A DNA stretch of 64,000 nucleotides from Vulcanimicrobiota bacterium (GCA_050250895.1 JBFWNU010000005.1:480001-544000), one strand, 5' to 3'. Positions 48,648 to 60,072 are shown, counted from the stretch's first letter. A program made the numbers and translations. Notes: generated by a model not told the origin, from the sequence alone.

Positions 48648-49655
48648 ATGAGGATCCAGGCTGCATCACTGTATCGCGGTCCCGCCGACGGGCTGTCCCA
48701 ACCCGACCTGGCGGCCCAGCGTTGGCTCAAGCCAGCGGCCAGGGTGCTCCACGGCGTGATGGTCCGCCAACAAGTGAGCGGCCTCGACCACCTGCCCGAA
48801 GACGGCGCCCAACTGTTTTGCCCTACCCACCAGAGCGGCATCGATGCCGGTCTGATCATGGGCTTGAGCAATCGCGACATGCGCTTCATGGCCGCCCGCG
48901 AGCAGTTCAACGGCATGCAGGGACCGATCCTCACCAAGATGGGCGCTTTTCCCGTCGACCGGGCTCACCCCGGTCGCACCACCCTCAAGCATAGCGTGGA
49001 TGTGCTCAAAGACGGCAAAGCCCTGGTCATCTTTCCCGAGGGCGGCATTCCCAGCAATGGCGGCGACGGAAAGATCGGAGAGTTCAAGGAAGGCCCGGGC
49101 TGGATCGCCGTCCATGCCGGAGCCGAGTCGGTGGTGCCGATTACGATGCACGTCGGGGCTAACCAGGAGAGTCGCCCTCTGGCTCATCTGACCGGGGTGG
49201 CCGGTGCGGCCGGCCTGGTCGCCCTGGGATTGTGCGGCGCGGCCGGCGGCACGGCCGCCCAGGTCGCCACCGGCGTCATCGGCGGCGCACTGATCGGCGC
49301 TTTCACCGGCAGCCGCTTTGCCAAGCCCGACCCCAAGACCGCCTGGAACCCCTACCCGGGCTTCCAGCAGCGCACCCTCAACGGCCTCAAAGGTGCGGCG
49401 GCCGGGGCTGCTGCCGGAGCCGTCGCGGCCCTCATTCCCGGCGGGGCGGCCGTGGCCGCGGTGGGAGGCGGCCTGTCGAGTTACGGCCTGGCGCGCGACT
49501 TCATCGAACGTCCGGTGGCTAAAATCGAGATCGGTCAACCGCTCAAAGTGAGCGACTACGTGGCCAGCCACGGTAAGAAAGAGGCCGGCAACGCCCTGAT
49601 GGCCGACCTGCACACCCAGATGGCCGCCACCAAGGCCCGCCTCGTCACCCAGTGA
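48648..49655 (+). CDS. PlsC-like lysophospholipid acyltransferase with Gly/Ala-rich insertion
   Basis: THQSGID (HX4D), FMAAREQF, FPVDR, IFPEGG motifs. Confidence 0.85.
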   Translation: MRIQAASLYRGPADGLSQPDLAAQRWLKPAARVLHGVMVRQQVSGLDHLPEDGAQLFCPTHQSGIDAGLIMGLSNRDMRFMAAREQFNGMQGPILTKMGAFPVDRAHPGRTTLKHSVDVLKDGKALVIFPEGGIPSNGGDGKIGEFKEGPGWIAVHAGAESVVPITMHVGANQESRPLAHLTGVAGAAGLVALGLCGAAGGTAAQVATGVIGGALIGAFTGSRFAKPDPKTAWNPYPGFQQRTLNGLKGAAAGAAAGAVAALIPGGAAVAAVGGGLSSYGLARDFIERPVAKIEIGQPLKVSDYVASHGKKEAGNALMADLHTQMAATKARLVTQ

Positions 49656-50104
49656 CCCTGGTTCGCATCCCCAATCATTACCTATTGTTGGTCGTGCTCG
49701 ACCGACGTTCACCAGCCAACGACGCCAATCTTTACCAGCAGGCCGCGCCTCGGGGCCATCGTGGCCTGCTCGACTTCTTTCGTGGCTACGTCGAGGCGGG
49801 CCAACTCCAGTTGCTCGAGTTTCTCTGGGACGGGGTCTATCGCGTCGCGGCCCACCAGCAAGACCCGCCCGACGAACTTGAGCACCAGGGTTGGCTGGAA
49901 TGCCCTTCTGGCGAGTTGCTGATTGGCGATATCTCCTCGCTGGGCCAGGGCCTGACTCGGCTGGTAACGGTAGAGCCTGGTTGCTATCGGACCGGCTGGC
50001 TGGAGGATTGGGCAGAGCTTGAAAAACATTTCTGGCTGGATTCACCAGCCAGTTACCCGGCGGCCGATGGGCCTGATGTCACCGTCTGTTTGAGCCCGCG
50101 TTGA
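49652..50104 (+). CDS. Hypothetical protein
   Basis: GTG overlaps the PlsC stop; globular composition; no family recognised. Confidence 0.5.
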   Translation: MTLVRIPNHYLLLVVLDRRSPANDANLYQQAAPRGHRGLLDFFRGYVEAGQLQLLEFLWDGVYRVAAHQQDPPDELEHQGWLECPSGELLIGDISSLGQGLTRLVTVEPGCYRTGWLEDWAELEKHFWLDSPASYPAADGPDVTVCLSPR

Positions 50105-50161
50105 TCGACCCCGCCAGCCCCGCGGGAGGGACGAGCCCAGGGCTGAAGGAAAAGGGGGCCC

Positions 50162-52135
50162 GTGGGTCCAGATGAAGTCTTTCTGGAAATCGAGCGACAC
50201 AATCTAGAGGTCGCCGCTGTCGCTTTGCTGATGCTGATGGCTCTGTTCGGAGTCCATCATTTCTTCTTCAAGCATCTCAAGCCGCGGCATCCCATGCTCA
50301 AGCTGCTGCAAGAACGGCTGCGCTATCTGACCACCATCTTCGTCTTCTTGGTGCCCCTGCGCTGGGCCGCCGGCCAGATTCAAGAGATGGTGACGATCCT
50401 CGACGAGTTGCATGTCGGCGTGATCTTCGTGCTCGTCCTGCTGGGTCTTGAGAGCCTCTATTCCCTGCTATTTATAGAACCTGACGGTACGCCCCGACTG
50501 ACGCCCACGGTGCATTTCGGCCTGGCCAGCGCTCTTTACGGCATTCCCGGAGTCGTGTTTCTCGCGCTCATCTCGGGCTTTCCGCTGTTCGACCGGGCGA
50601 TGCTCTATGCCCTGGGGTCCATTTTCACGGTCTATCTGTGCATGCACTTGCTGTATGCTTTTGTTTTCAAGTGGGTGACCTGGACTCATCCCCTGGCCCT
50701 GGCCCTCAAGGCTCGCCTGCGCTTCTGGGCTTATGTGACCGTGCTGGGCCTGGTTTGCTACTTTGCGGTGACCCGCTACACATTCATCCCGGTCACCGGT
50801 AACATGGTCGACAACCTGGCTCTGTGCCTATGGATCCTGCTGGTCTGCATGGTCGCCGAGAGCATTCTGGCCGGGGTCTTCGATTTCTATTTCCCGGTGG
50901 CCAAGAAGTCCGAGATTCCGACCCTGTTTCGCGATCTCACCCGGGCGTTGGTTTATATCGGCCTGGCCACCTTCTTTGTCGGTTTCGTGCTCAAACGCGA
51001 CCTCAACTCGCTGCTGGTGGGATCGGCCGTCATCACCGTCTCGATCGGTTTCGCCCTGCAAGAGACGCTGGGCAACTTCTTTGCCGGGTTGGCGCTGCGA
51101 TTGTCACAGCCGTATACGCTCGGTGACTACGTCGAGGTGGCCAACTTCATCGGCCGCGTCGAGAAGATCGACTGGCGCCAGACGGCCATTCTGACCAATA
51201 ACGGCGACTACGTGCTGATGCCCAACTCGATGCTGGCCAAAGAAGCCATCAGCAACCACTCGTCCCCGACCCGGTTGCACGCCCGCTACATCGAGGTGGG
51301 GACCCACTACCGGCATCCCCCGAACGTGATCAAGAAGGCCATGCTCGAAGCCGCCGCCTCGGTTCCCGATGTGCTACCCGATCCCCGGCCCGAACTCTAC
51401 ATTATGGATTTTTCCGATTCGGCGATCACCTACCGCCTGCGCTACTGGCTGGCTGACTTCGGCGAGCGGTTCCGGGTGGATACCCAGGTGAGGGCCGCGA
51501 TTTGGTATCGCTTCAAGCGTGACGGCATCGAGATCCCGTTCCCTATCCGGACGCTCGTCAAAGAGCCTCAGGTGAGCCGAGACGAACTCCTCGAAGAGGT
51601 GAGGGGCTTTCTCGAGACGGTCGACTTTCTCAACGCCCTCGACGAGGAGGCGCTCACCACCCTGTCGCACCGGGCTCGATTTCAACTCTTTGCAGGCGGC
51701 GAGAAGATCTGCGTTCAGGGTCAGATGGGAGACTCTTTCTACATCATCAAAAGCGGCAAAGTGCAGGTCGCCGCGGCCGACGAGGAGACAGGCGAGGTGT
51801 TCCTGTGCGCCGAGATCGCGCCCGGCAACTACTTCGGCGAGATGGCTCTGTTGACGGGCGAGCCGCGCTCGGCCACCGTCACGGCTCTGGTCGACTCTGA
51901 ACTTTTGACCCTGAGCAAGGACGACCTGCGGTCCATCATCGTAGGAAACATCGAGGTGGAGAAGATCATCTCGAACGTGCTGGCCCAGCGCCAACTGCGC
52001 ACGGCCAAAGCCAAGGAAGAAGCCGAGGAGGAGAGAATGGCCCGGGCCAACGCCAGTGGCCGGGGCCAGGGCGCACGGCTCGACCAGCTGTCCGAGCAAT
52101 TCCTGCGCAAAATCCAGGAATTCTTCAGCTATTGA
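50162..52135 (+). CDS. Small-conductance mechanosensitive channel (MscS family) with C-terminal cyclic-nucleotide-binding domain
   Basis: IGFALQETLGNFFAG, IDWRQT, PNS, IEIPFPIR; cNMP domain QGQMGDSFYII...FGEMALLTGEPRSATV. Confidence 0.92.
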   Translation: MGPDEVFLEIERHNLEVAAVALLMLMALFGVHHFFFKHLKPRHPMLKLLQERLRYLTTIFVFLVPLRWAAGQIQEMVTILDELHVGVIFVLVLLGLESLYSLLFIEPDGTPRLTPTVHFGLASALYGIPGVVFLALISGFPLFDRAMLYALGSIFTVYLCMHLLYAFVFKWVTWTHPLALALKARLRFWAYVTVLGLVCYFAVTRYTFIPVTGNMVDNLALCLWILLVCMVAESILAGVFDFYFPVAKKSEIPTLFRDLTRALVYIGLATFFVGFVLKRDLNSLLVGSAVITVSIGFALQETLGNFFAGLALRLSQPYTLGDYVEVANFIGRVEKIDWRQTAILTNNGDYVLMPNSMLAKEAISNHSSPTRLHARYIEVGTHYRHPPNVIKKAMLEAAASVPDVLPDPRPELYIMDFSDSAITYRLRYWLADFGERFRVDTQVRAAIWYRFKRDGIEIPFPIRTLVKEPQVSRDELLEEVRGFLETVDFLNALDEEALTTLSHRARFQLFAGGEKICVQGQMGDSFYIIKSGKVQVAAADEETGEVFLCAEIAPGNYFGEMALLTGEPRSATVTALVDSELLTLSKDDLRSIIVGNIEVEKIISNVLAQRQLRTAKAKEEAEEERMARANASGRGQGARLDQLSEQFLRKIQEFFSY

Positions 52136-52258
52136 GCGAGGAGCCCCGTGAAAAGGCCTCTGGCGGACGGTTTATGGCCGTCGATCGGTCGAACTCGTCC
52201 TCACTCGAAAGCGCTCAGAACGTTGATTTTTCGGGGAAAGAGCTCCCGAAATTGGGGG

Positions 52259-52287
52259 TTGACAGCCCTATGGGCCGGTGCTAGAAT
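52259..52287 (+). promoter_or_regulatory. Promoter of the str operon
   Basis: TTGACA-N17-TAGAAT with extended TG, ~210 nt upstream of rpsL. Confidence 0.75.
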
Positions 52288-52497
52288 GTGGAAGCAATTT
52301 TTCGGGCCGCCTGAGTGGGCCTTTATTCATAAGGGTCCACGAAAAGAGCTGGCGGAATCAATCGGGAAGGGGGTGCTTTCGAGCCTCCAAGCTGGTTTTA
52401 ACCCAGCAAGCCTGGTCAGCTATTTGACATCCAGGTTATAAGTATGCCCGATTCTCCGTTGTTGGCGGCCCGAGCACTGAACAAGGGAGATTTTTTT

Positions 52498-52917
52498 ATG
52501 CCCACCATCAACCAGTTGGTGAGAAAAGGCCGTAAGGCCACCAAGCGCAAGAGCAAAGCACCGGCTCTGCAGGTGCGGTACAACTCTTTGAAACTAAAGA
52601 GTATCCGCAGCCGCAAGGGTTCCCCGCAAAAACGCGGAGTCTGCACGCAAGTGAAGACCGTGACCCCGAAGAAGCCGAACTCTGCTCTGCGTAAGGTCGC
52701 CAGGGTTCGTCTTACCAATGGTATCGAGGTGACGGCATATATCCCGGGCGTAGGTCACAACTTGCAAGAGCACTCGGTCGTCTTGATCCGCGGTGGTCGT
52801 GTCAAGGACCTTCCCGGTGTTCGTTATCACATCGTGCGTGGAACGCTGGATACGGCTGGTGTGGCGAATCGCCGCCAGGGCCGTTCCAAGTATGGCGCCA
52901 AGAGACCGAAGTCGTAG
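52498..52917 (+). CDS. rpsL: 30S ribosomal protein S12
   Basis: [30 protein letters not shown]. Confidence 0.98.
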   Translation: MPTINQLVRKGRKATKRKSKAPALQVRYNSLKLKSIRSRKGSPQKRGVCTQVKTVTPKKPNSALRKVARVRLTNGIEVTAYIPGVGHNLQEHSVVLIRGGRVKDLPGVRYHIVRGTLDTAGVANRRQGRSKYGAKRPKS

Positions 52918-52926
52918 GAGTTTAAG

Positions 52927-53397
52927 ATGTCGAGAAAAGGCCCCGCGCCCAAGCGCGTTGTACTACCCGATCCCAAATACAAGAACGTCAAGCTCTCGAA
53001 GTTCATGAACATGTTGATGAAGGGTGGCAAGAAGAGCCTGGCCGAGCGCATCGTTTATGGCGCGATGGACACGATCTCCCAGAAGACCGGCAAGGATCCC
53101 CTCTCCGTCTTCCAGGAAGCAATGGACAATGCCACCCCGTTGATCGAGGTTCGCCCCCGTCGCGTCGGTGGCGCCACCTATCAGGTTCCCGTAGAAGTTC
53201 GCACCGAGCGCCGCAACAGTCTGGCGATGCGCTGGCTGATCTCGGCTGCTCGGGCTCGCTCCGGCCGCACCATGACCGAGCGGTTGGCCAACGAACTGAT
53301 TGACGCCTCGGCCGGAATCGGCTCAGCCGTCAAGAAGAAAGAAGACACCCACCGCATGGCCGAAGCCAACAAAGCCTTCGCCCACTACCGCTGGTAA
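52927..53397 (+). CDS. rpsG: 30S ribosomal protein S7
   Basis: [26 protein letters not shown]. Confidence 0.98.
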   Translation: MSRKGPAPKRVVLPDPKYKNVKLSKFMNMLMKGGKKSLAERIVYGAMDTISQKTGKDPLSVFQEAMDNATPLIEVRPRRVGGATYQVPVEVRTERRNSLAMRWLISAARARSGRTMTERLANELIDASAGIGSAVKKKEDTHRMAEANKAFAHYRW

Positions 53398-53417
53398 CCC
53401 AGTAGACGAGAATCCCC

Positions 53418-55514
53418 GTGAACGTTAAAACTGCCGACATAGCGCTGGAACACTACCGTAATATCGGTATTGCAGCTCATATTGATGCTGGTAAGACGAC
53501 TACCACGGAGCGGATCCTTTTCTACACCGGCAAGGTCCACCGCATCGGGGAGGTTGACGCCGGAGCCGCCACCATGGACTGGATGGTGCAGGAGAAGGAG
53601 CGTGGTATTACCATCACCTCCGCGGTGACCACAGCGGTCTGGAAAGACAATTGCATCAATATCATCGATACGCCCGGTCACGTCGACTTCACCGTCGAGG
53701 TGGAGCGTTCACTGCGCGTCCTCGACGGGATGGTCGCGGTCTTTTGCGCGGTTGGTGGGGTGCAGCCTCAGTCCGAAACGGTCTGGCGCCAAGCCAATAA
53801 CTACAAAGTGCCGCGGATCGCGTACGTCAACAAGATGGACCGCACCGGGGCCAGCTTCTTGACCGTAGTCGAGAAGCTCGATGACCGTCTCGGGGCAAAC
53901 CCGGTGCCGATCCAGTTGCCCATTGGCGCCGAGGGTGACTTCGTCGGAATGGTCGACCTGGTTCGCAATATCGCTCTGGTCTACACCGATGACCTCGGCT
54001 CGATCTACGAAGAGCGCGAAGTGCCGGCCGATATGGTCGACGAAGTGGCGGAATACCGCGAGAAGATGATCGAGGTGGCGGCCGACGGCAACGAAGAGTT
54101 GATGATGGCCTATCTCGAAGAGGGTACCCTCTCGCCCGAAGACATCAAGCGTGGACTGCGGGCCCGCACTCTGCGCAACGAGATTACTCCGGTCCTGTGC
54201 GGCTCTTCGTTCAAGAACAAGGGCGTGCAACCGATGCTCGACGCGGTGGTAGACTATCTGCCATCCCCGGTGGACCTGCCGCCAGTCAGGGGGGTCGACC
54301 CCGCCACCGAAGAGGAACTCTCGCGCGCTTCCAGCGTCGACGAACCCCTTTCGGCCCTGGTGTTCAAGATTATGACCGACCCCTACGTGGGTCGATTGGC
54401 CTTTATTCGGGTCTATTCGGGCGTGCTTTCCAAAGGGCAGAACGTCGAGAACCCGGTATCCCGCAAGCGCGAGCGGATCGGCCGCTTGCTCAAGATGCAC
54501 GCTGATCGCCGCGAAGAGGTGAACGAGCTTCGGGCTGGCGAACTCGGGGCCATCGTGGGTCTGAAGCAGTCGTCCACCGGCGATACGCTGTGCGACGAGA
54601 AGCAGCCCATCGTGCTCGAGAAAATCGAGTTTCCTGAACCGGTCATCTCGGTGGCTATCGAGCCCAAGACGAAAGCCGACCAGGACAAAATGGGCATGGC
54701 GTTAGCCAAGCTTCAAGAAGAGGATCCGACCTTCCGGACCTCGACAAATGATGAGACGGGTCAAACGATGATCTCCGGGATGGGCGAACTCCATCTCGAA
54801 ATCATCGTCGACCGGCTGTTGCGCGAGTTCTCGGTTGGCGCCAACGTTGGACGTCCTCAGGTGGCTTATAAAGAAGCCATCCGCAAGGAAATCAAAGTCG
54901 AGGGACGCTTCGTTCGCCAAACCGGTGGTCGCGGCCAGTTCGGTCACGTCTGGATCGAGGCCAAGCCCCTGCCGCCTGGTTCTGGGTTCAAGTTTGGAAA
55001 TAACATTGTGGGGGGAGTCATCCCCAAGGAGTACATCCCGGCTGTCGAGGCTGGCGTGCGCGAAGGTCTGACGGCTGGAACACTGGCTGGCTACCCGGTT
55101 GTGGACGTCGAGGTGAATCTCTACGATGGCTCCTACCACGCGGTGGACTCGTCCGAGATCGCTTTCAGGATTGCCGGTTCTATGGCCATCAAGGAAGCGT
55201 TGCGAAGGAACGAGTGCTACCTCAAAGAGCCCGTAATGGAAGTCGAAGTGGTCGTGCCCGAGGATTATCTCGGTGACGTCATCGGTGACCTGAACGGCCG
55301 GCGAGGTGATATCAGTGGAATGGAACCGGGGGCCGGCAATACGCAGGTCATCACGGGCTTTGTTCCGCTGGCGGAGATGTTCGGGTACGCAACCGTGCTG
55401 CGGTCGCGCACCCAGGGTCGAGGGAGCTACACTATGGAGTTCGCTCGCTATGATGAGGTCCCACGACCGATTCAAGAGAATATTATTTCCCGCTACTACG
55501 GGAAAGCTGTCTAG
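53418..55514 (+). CDS. fusA: Elongation factor G
   Basis: [36 protein letters not shown]. Confidence 0.98.
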   Translation: MNVKTADIALEHYRNIGIAAHIDAGKTTTTERILFYTGKVHRIGEVDAGAATMDWMVQEKERGITITSAVTTAVWKDNCINIIDTPGHVDFTVEVERSLRVLDGMVAVFCAVGGVQPQSETVWRQANNYKVPRIAYVNKMDRTGASFLTVVEKLDDRLGANPVPIQLPIGAEGDFVGMVDLVRNIALVYTDDLGSIYEEREVPADMVDEVAEYREKMIEVAADGNEELMMAYLEEGTLSPEDIKRGLRARTLRNEITPVLCGSSFKNKGVQPMLDAVVDYLPSPVDLPPVRGVDPATEEELSRASSVDEPLSALVFKIMTDPYVGRLAFIRVYSGVLSKGQNVENPVSRKRERIGRLLKMHADRREEVNELRAGELGAIVGLKQSSTGDTLCDEKQPIVLEKIEFPEPVISVAIEPKTKADQDKMGMALAKLQEEDPTFRTSTNDETGQTMISGMGELHLEIIVDRLLREFSVGANVGRPQVAYKEAIRKEIKVEGRFVRQTGGRGQFGHVWIEAKPLPPGSGFKFGNNIVGGVIPKEYIPAVEAGVREGLTAGTLAGYPVVDVEVNLYDGSYHAVDSSEIAFRIAGSMAIKEALRRNECYLKEPVMEVEVVVPEDYLGDVIGDLNGRRGDISGMEPGAGNTQVITGFVPLAEMFGYATVLRSRTQGRGSYTMEFARYDEVPRPIQENIISRYYGKAV

Positions 55515-55572
55515 GCAGGTAACGTCGGCGGAAAGTCCGGCTGAAAGGAAAGAAAACGGAGGCTTACGCATT

Positions 55573-56772
55573 ATGGGCAAGGAGAAATTCGTCCGAAATA
55601 AACCCCACGTCAACATCGGTACCATCGGTCACGTCGACCATGGCAAAACGACGCTGACGGCAGCCATTATGAAGACCCTGTCTTCGGTTGGCTTCGCCAA
55701 GACGATGAACGTGGACGACATCGACGCGGCCCCTGAAGAAAAAGAGCGTGGCATCACCATCGCCATCGCCCACGTAGAGTATGAGACCGAGAAGCGTCAC
55801 TACGCTCACGTGGACTGCCCGGGTCACGCCGACTATATCAAGAACATGATTACCGGTGCCGCTCAGATGGACGGCGCCATCCTGGTTGTGTCGGCCACCG
55901 ACGGCCCGATGCCCCAGACTCGTGAGCACATCCTGCTTGCTCGTCAGGTGAACGTCCCTTACATCGTCGTCTTCCTGAACAAGGTCGATATGATGGACGA
56001 CCCCGAGCTGGTCGAGCTCGTCGAACTCGAAGTTCGCGAGCTGCTCTCGAGCTACGACTTCCCCGGCGACGACATCCCGGTCATCGCCGGTTCGGCGCTG
56101 CGGGCTCTCGAGTCCAGCGGCTCCCGCGACGACGAGTGGGCCGGCAAGGTTTGGGAACTGATGGATCGCGTTGACGAGTACATCCCCGAGCCTGAGCGTC
56201 CGGTCGACAAGCCGTTCTTGATGCCCCTCGAAGACGTGTTCACCATCACCGGTCGTGGCACCGTGGGTACCGGACGCGTCGAGCGTGGCATCATCAAGAC
56301 GGGCGACGAGATCGAGATCGTCGGTATGCGCGACGAGACTCGCAAGACCGTCTGCACCGGCGTCGAGATGTTCCGCAAGATCCTCGACGAGGGCCAGGCT
56401 GGCGACAACGTCGGTCTGCTGCTCCGCGGTGTCGACCGCAAAGACTTGCTGCGCGGAATGGTGCTGGCTAAACCCGGCTCGATCAAACCGCACACCAAGT
56501 TCAAGAGCGAGGTCTACATCCTGTCCAAGGACGAGGGTGGTCGTCACACTCCGTTCTTCAAAGGGTACCGCCCGCAGTTCTACTTCCGGACCACGGACGT
56601 GACCGGCGAGTGCTTCCTGCCCGAGGGCACCGAGATGGTGATGCCTGGTGACAACATTCACCTCGAGATTCACCTGATCACCAAGATCGCTCTCGAAGTC
56701 GGACTGCGCTTCGCTATCCGCGAAGGCGGACGCACCGTCGGCGCCGGTGTTATCACCGAGATCATCGAATAA
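55573..56772 (+). CDS. tuf: Elongation factor Tu
   Basis: [31 protein letters not shown]; ATG 55573. Confidence 0.98.
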   Translation: MGKEKFVRNKPHVNIGTIGHVDHGKTTLTAAIMKTLSSVGFAKTMNVDDIDAAPEEKERGITIAIAHVEYETEKRHYAHVDCPGHADYIKNMITGAAQMDGAILVVSATDGPMPQTREHILLARQVNVPYIVVFLNKVDMMDDPELVELVELEVRELLSSYDFPGDDIPVIAGSALRALESSGSRDDEWAGKVWELMDRVDEYIPEPERPVDKPFLMPLEDVFTITGRGTVGTGRVERGIIKTGDEIEIVGMRDETRKTVCTGVEMFRKILDEGQAGDNVGLLLRGVDRKDLLRGMVLAKPGSIKPHTKFKSEVYILSKDEGGRHTPFFKGYRPQFYFRTTDVTGECFLPEGTEMVMPGDNIHLEIHLITKIALEVGLRFAIREGGRTVGAGVITEIIE

Positions 56773-56781
56773 ACAAGCTTG

Positions 56782-56807
56782 AGCCCGCCCCCTCGCGGGG
56801 GCGGGCT
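56782..56807 (+). other. Strong GC hairpin between tuf and rpsJ
   Basis: AGCCCGCCCCC-TCGC-GGGGGCGGGCT, with no U-tract, directly before the rpsJ SD. Confidence 0.6.
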
Positions 56808-56819
56808 TCGGAGGATAAA

Positions 56820-57131
56820 ATGGCTAAGCAGAGGATTCGAATCAAGCTCAAGGCTTACGAGCACGCCATCCTGGATGAATCGGCCGAGAAGATCGTGCAG
56901 ATCGCTCGCCAGACCGGGGCGGCTATCTCTGGCCCGGTCCCCCTACCGACCGTGAAGAACCGCTATTGTGTGCTTCGTTCGCCTCACGTCGACAAGAAGT
57001 CGCGCGAGCACTTCGAGATTCGGACCCACAAGCGGCTGATTGATATCTACTTTGATCCCTCCCAGAAGACGATCGAACAACTGATGAAGGTCGATTTGCC
57101 GGCTGGGGTAGATATCGAGATCAAGGGCTAA
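56820..57131 (+). CDS. rpsJ: 30S ribosomal protein S10
   Basis: [29 protein letters not shown]. Confidence 0.98.
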   Translation: MAKQRIRIKLKAYEHAILDESAEKIVQIARQTGAAISGPVPLPTVKNRYCVLRSPHVDKKSREHFEIRTHKRLIDIYFDPSQKTIEQLMKVDLPAGVDIEIKG

Positions 57132-57179
57132 TAATCTAAGCTCTCGGGCCAAGACCCGCGAGCCTCTGGAGGAGGAAAG

Positions 57180-57800
57180 ATGAACGCCATCCTTGGCAAG
57201 AAGCTGGGCATGACCCAGGTCTTCGACGAAGAGGGTTTCGCGATTCCGGTCACCGTGATCGAGGTCGGACCCTGCAAAGTGGTGCAACGGCGCACCGTGG
57301 AAAAAGACGGCTACAATGCCGTTCAGCTTGGCTTCGGTGATATCCGCGCCAAGCTGGTCAATAAGCCTCGGGCCGGTCACTTCAAAAAGCACGGCATCGA
57401 CAATCAGCGTTACCTCAAAGAGTTTCGCGTCGACGATCCGGCTGCTGTTCCCGACGAGGTCAAGGTCGACATTTTTGAAGCCGGCCAGAAAGTGGATGTC
57501 TACGGCATCTCCAAAGGTAAAGGCACGGCTGGTGCGATGAAGCGCCACAACTTCGGCGGCGGTCCGGCCAGCCACGGTTGTTCGAAGATCCACCGCAAAC
57601 CGAACTCCACCGGCGCGGTCGACGCCGCTCGCACTTTCAAAGGTGTGAAAAAGCCCGGTCAAATGGGCAACAAGCAGGTCACGGTTCTCGGCTTGAAAGT
57701 CGTCTCCGTGGATACCGAGCGCAATCTCCTCCTGGTGCGGGGATCGGTGCCGGGGGCCACTGGCCGCCTGATCACGATCCGCCACTCGGTGAAGAAGTAG
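57180..57800 (+). CDS. rplC: 50S ribosomal protein L3
   Basis: GKKLGMTQVF, DGYNAVQLG, SKGKG, GSVPG. Confidence 0.98.
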   Translation: MNAILGKKLGMTQVFDEEGFAIPVTVIEVGPCKVVQRRTVEKDGYNAVQLGFGDIRAKLVNKPRAGHFKKHGIDNQRYLKEFRVDDPAAVPDEVKVDIFEAGQKVDVYGISKGKGTAGAMKRHNFGGGPASHGCSKIHRKPNSTGAVDAARTFKGVKKPGQMGNKQVTVLGLKVVSVDTERNLLLVRGSVPGATGRLITIRHSVKK

Positions 57801-57810
57801 GTAAGAAGCG

Positions 57811-58437
57811 ATGCCTAAAGTTTCTCTTTATAACATGTCCGGCAAAGTCGTCGGCGACTTCGAACTCAAGGACGAAGTGTTCAACACTCCCTACAACCAG
57901 GGACTGATTCATCAGATCTACGTGGGTCTGCTGGCCAATCAGCGCCGGGGCACTCACTCCACCAAGACCCGCGGCGAAGTCCGCGGCGGTGGCAAGAAGC
58001 CCTGGCGTCAGAAGGGCACCGGTATGGCCCGTCACGGTAGCCGTCGGTCCCCCATCTGGCGTGGCGGCGGTATCACCTTCGGTCCCAGGCCCCGCGATTA
58101 TCAGCAGGCCCTGCCCAAGAAGATGCGCCACGGCGCCATGCGTTCGGCTCTCTCTCAGCGTCTGCGCGAGTCCAAGCTGACCGCCCTTAAAGAGCTCTCT
58201 CTCGACGAGTTTCGAACCAAAGCGATGATCGAGATGCTCAAGAATCTCGAGGTGAGCGAGACCAAGACCCTGCTGGTGTTGGCCGAGCCCAACACCAAAG
58301 TGCAGAAGTCTGCCTCCAATATTCCCGGTCTCAACGTGGTTCTGGCTGCTAACCTCAACCTCGTCGACCTGGTCCGTCACCATCGGGTGGTGGCCACCCA
58401 GGAGGCTCTCGAAAAAATCCAGGAGGTGCTATCGTGA
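57811..58437 (+). CDS. rplD: 50S ribosomal protein L4
   Basis: [24 protein letters not shown]. Confidence 0.98.
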   Translation: MPKVSLYNMSGKVVGDFELKDEVFNTPYNQGLIHQIYVGLLANQRRGTHSTKTRGEVRGGGKKPWRQKGTGMARHGSRRSPIWRGGGITFGPRPRDYQQALPKKMRHGAMRSALSQRLRESKLTALKELSLDEFRTKAMIEMLKNLEVSETKTLLVLAEPNTKVQKSASNIPGLNVVLAANLNLVDLVRHHRVVATQEALEKIQEVLS

Positions 58438-58769
58438 GCAAGACTCCCAGTTCGGTCGCCGACCTGCGTGGTCTGACCCTGCGCGACATTCTGATTCGAC
58501 CCATCATCACCGAGAAGTCGATGACCCAGGCGCAGTTCAATCGTTACACCTTCGAGGTGCACAAGTCTGCCAACAAGACCCAGATTCGTGACGCTATCGA
58601 GAAGATCTTCAGCGTGAAAGTACTGAAGGTCACGACCAACCGCACCGACGGCAAGTTGCGCCGGCGCGGTCGCCACTCGGGCTACACCGCCGAAAAGAAA
58701 AAGGCTACAGTAACCCTCAAGGCTGGCGACCAGATTGAAATCGCCGGCACTCCTCTGTTCGAGGCGTAA
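58434..58769 (+). CDS. rplW: 50S ribosomal protein L23
   Basis: PIITEKS, YTFEV...ANKTQI, KKATVTL. Confidence 0.97.
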   Translation: MSKTPSSVADLRGLTLRDILIRPIITEKSMTQAQFNRYTFEVHKSANKTQIRDAIEKIFSVKVLKVTTNRTDGKLRRRGRHSGYTAEKKKATVTLKAGDQIEIAGTPLFEA

Positions 58770-58935
58770 CCAGATTATTAACAACAGGACAAATTCGATA
58801 TCCATCGCTCCAAACTGTTGGAATTCGGGTGAGTGTCTATTAAGATAGAGCCGCTTTTTACGAGAATGATCGGCTCTTCCGACGCCCGCCCTCAACCACG
58901 GCGGGCGTCAGAATCTCAGGAAAGGGAAAAGATCC

Positions 58936-59760
58936 ATGCCGACCCGGAAATTTAATCCGACCAGTCCCGGTCGCAGGCATATGAGCGTCGAAGATTTCTC
59001 CGACGTGACCACCAGCAAGCCCGAACGGAGCCTGCTCGAGCCGCTGACCAAATCGGGTGGCCGCAACTCCACAGGAAGAGTCACTTCACGTCATCGTGGG
59101 GGCGGGCATAAGCGTCGCTACCGCCTCATCGATTGGAAGCGTGACAAAGACGGCATCCCTGCTCGGGTGGCCTCCATCGAGTATGATCCGAACCGCTCGG
59201 CTCGCATCGCGCTGGTCCACTATGTCGACGGCGAAAAGCGCTACATCCTGGCTCCGCTCGGGCTGAAGGTCGACGACAAGATCGTCTCGGGCGAAGGCGC
59301 CGACATCAAGACCGGCAACTGTCTCCCTCTCCACAAGATCCCGGTTGGAACGCAGCTTCACAACATCGAACTGCAGCCGGGCAAAGGCGCTCAGATGGCT
59401 CGTGCCGCCGGTGCCTCGGCTCAGCTGATGGCCAAAGAAGGCAAGGTCGCCTATCTGCGCCTGCCCTCTGGCGAGGTTCGACTGGTTCCCATCGAATGCC
59501 GCGCCGTGGTCGGCCAGGTCGGCAATATCGAACACGAGAACGTATCCGGTGGTAAGGCCGGGCGCTCCCGCTGGAAAGGCCAGCGTGGGCACATCCGCGG
59601 CGTTGCCACCAACCCCTGCGACCACCCTCACGGTGGTGGCGAAGCTCGCTCGACCCCCGGTCGCCCGAGCAGCACCCCCTGGGGTAAGCCGGCGCTGGGC
59701 CTTCGCACCCGCAAGAAGAAGGCCAGCGACAAGATGATCATTCGCCGGCGGAAGAAGTAG
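58936..59760 (+). CDS. rplB: 50S ribosomal protein L2
   Basis: [29 protein letters not shown]. Confidence 0.98.
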   Translation: MPTRKFNPTSPGRRHMSVEDFSDVTTSKPERSLLEPLTKSGGRNSTGRVTSRHRGGGHKRRYRLIDWKRDKDGIPARVASIEYDPNRSARIALVHYVDGEKRYILAPLGLKVDDKIVSGEGADIKTGNCLPLHKIPVGTQLHNIELQPGKGAQMARAAGASAQLMAKEGKVAYLRLPSGEVRLVPIECRAVVGQVGNIEHENVSGGKAGRSRWKGQRGHIRGVATNPCDHPHGGGEARSTPGRPSSTPWGKPALGLRTRKKKASDKMIIRRRKK

Positions 59761-59770
59761 GAGGTAGAAC

Positions 59771-60058
59771 GTGTCCAGATCCGTTAGAAAAGGCCCCTTC
59801 GTCGACAAGAATCTCAAGCAGAAAGTCGATGTCCTTAATGCCAACCACGAGAAGAAAGTCATCAAGTCGTGGGCGCGCAACTCCACCATCTTTCCCGAGC
59901 TGGTCGGTCACACCGTGGCCATCCACGACGGGCGTCGTCACGTGCCGATCTTCATCTCTGAAGAGATGGTCGGCCACAAGCTCGGTGAGTTCGCCGTGAC
60001 CCGGCTCTATCGCGGTCACGCCGGCAGCAAGTCCGAGCGCAAGAGCAAGAAGAAGTAA
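59771..60058 (+). CDS. rpsS: 30S ribosomal protein S19
   Basis: [20 protein letters not shown]. Confidence 0.98.
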   Translation: MSRSVRKGPFVDKNLKQKVDVLNANHEKKVIKSWARNSTIFPELVGHTVAIHDGRRHVPIFISEEMVGHKLGEFAVTRLYRGHAGSKSERKSKKK

Positions 60059-60072
60059 GCGAGGAACTATCA

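Noticed and set aside
52424-52446. Second rpsL promoter (TTGACA...TATAAG)
   Set aside because: The spacer is only 7 nt, incompatible with sigma70 geometry.
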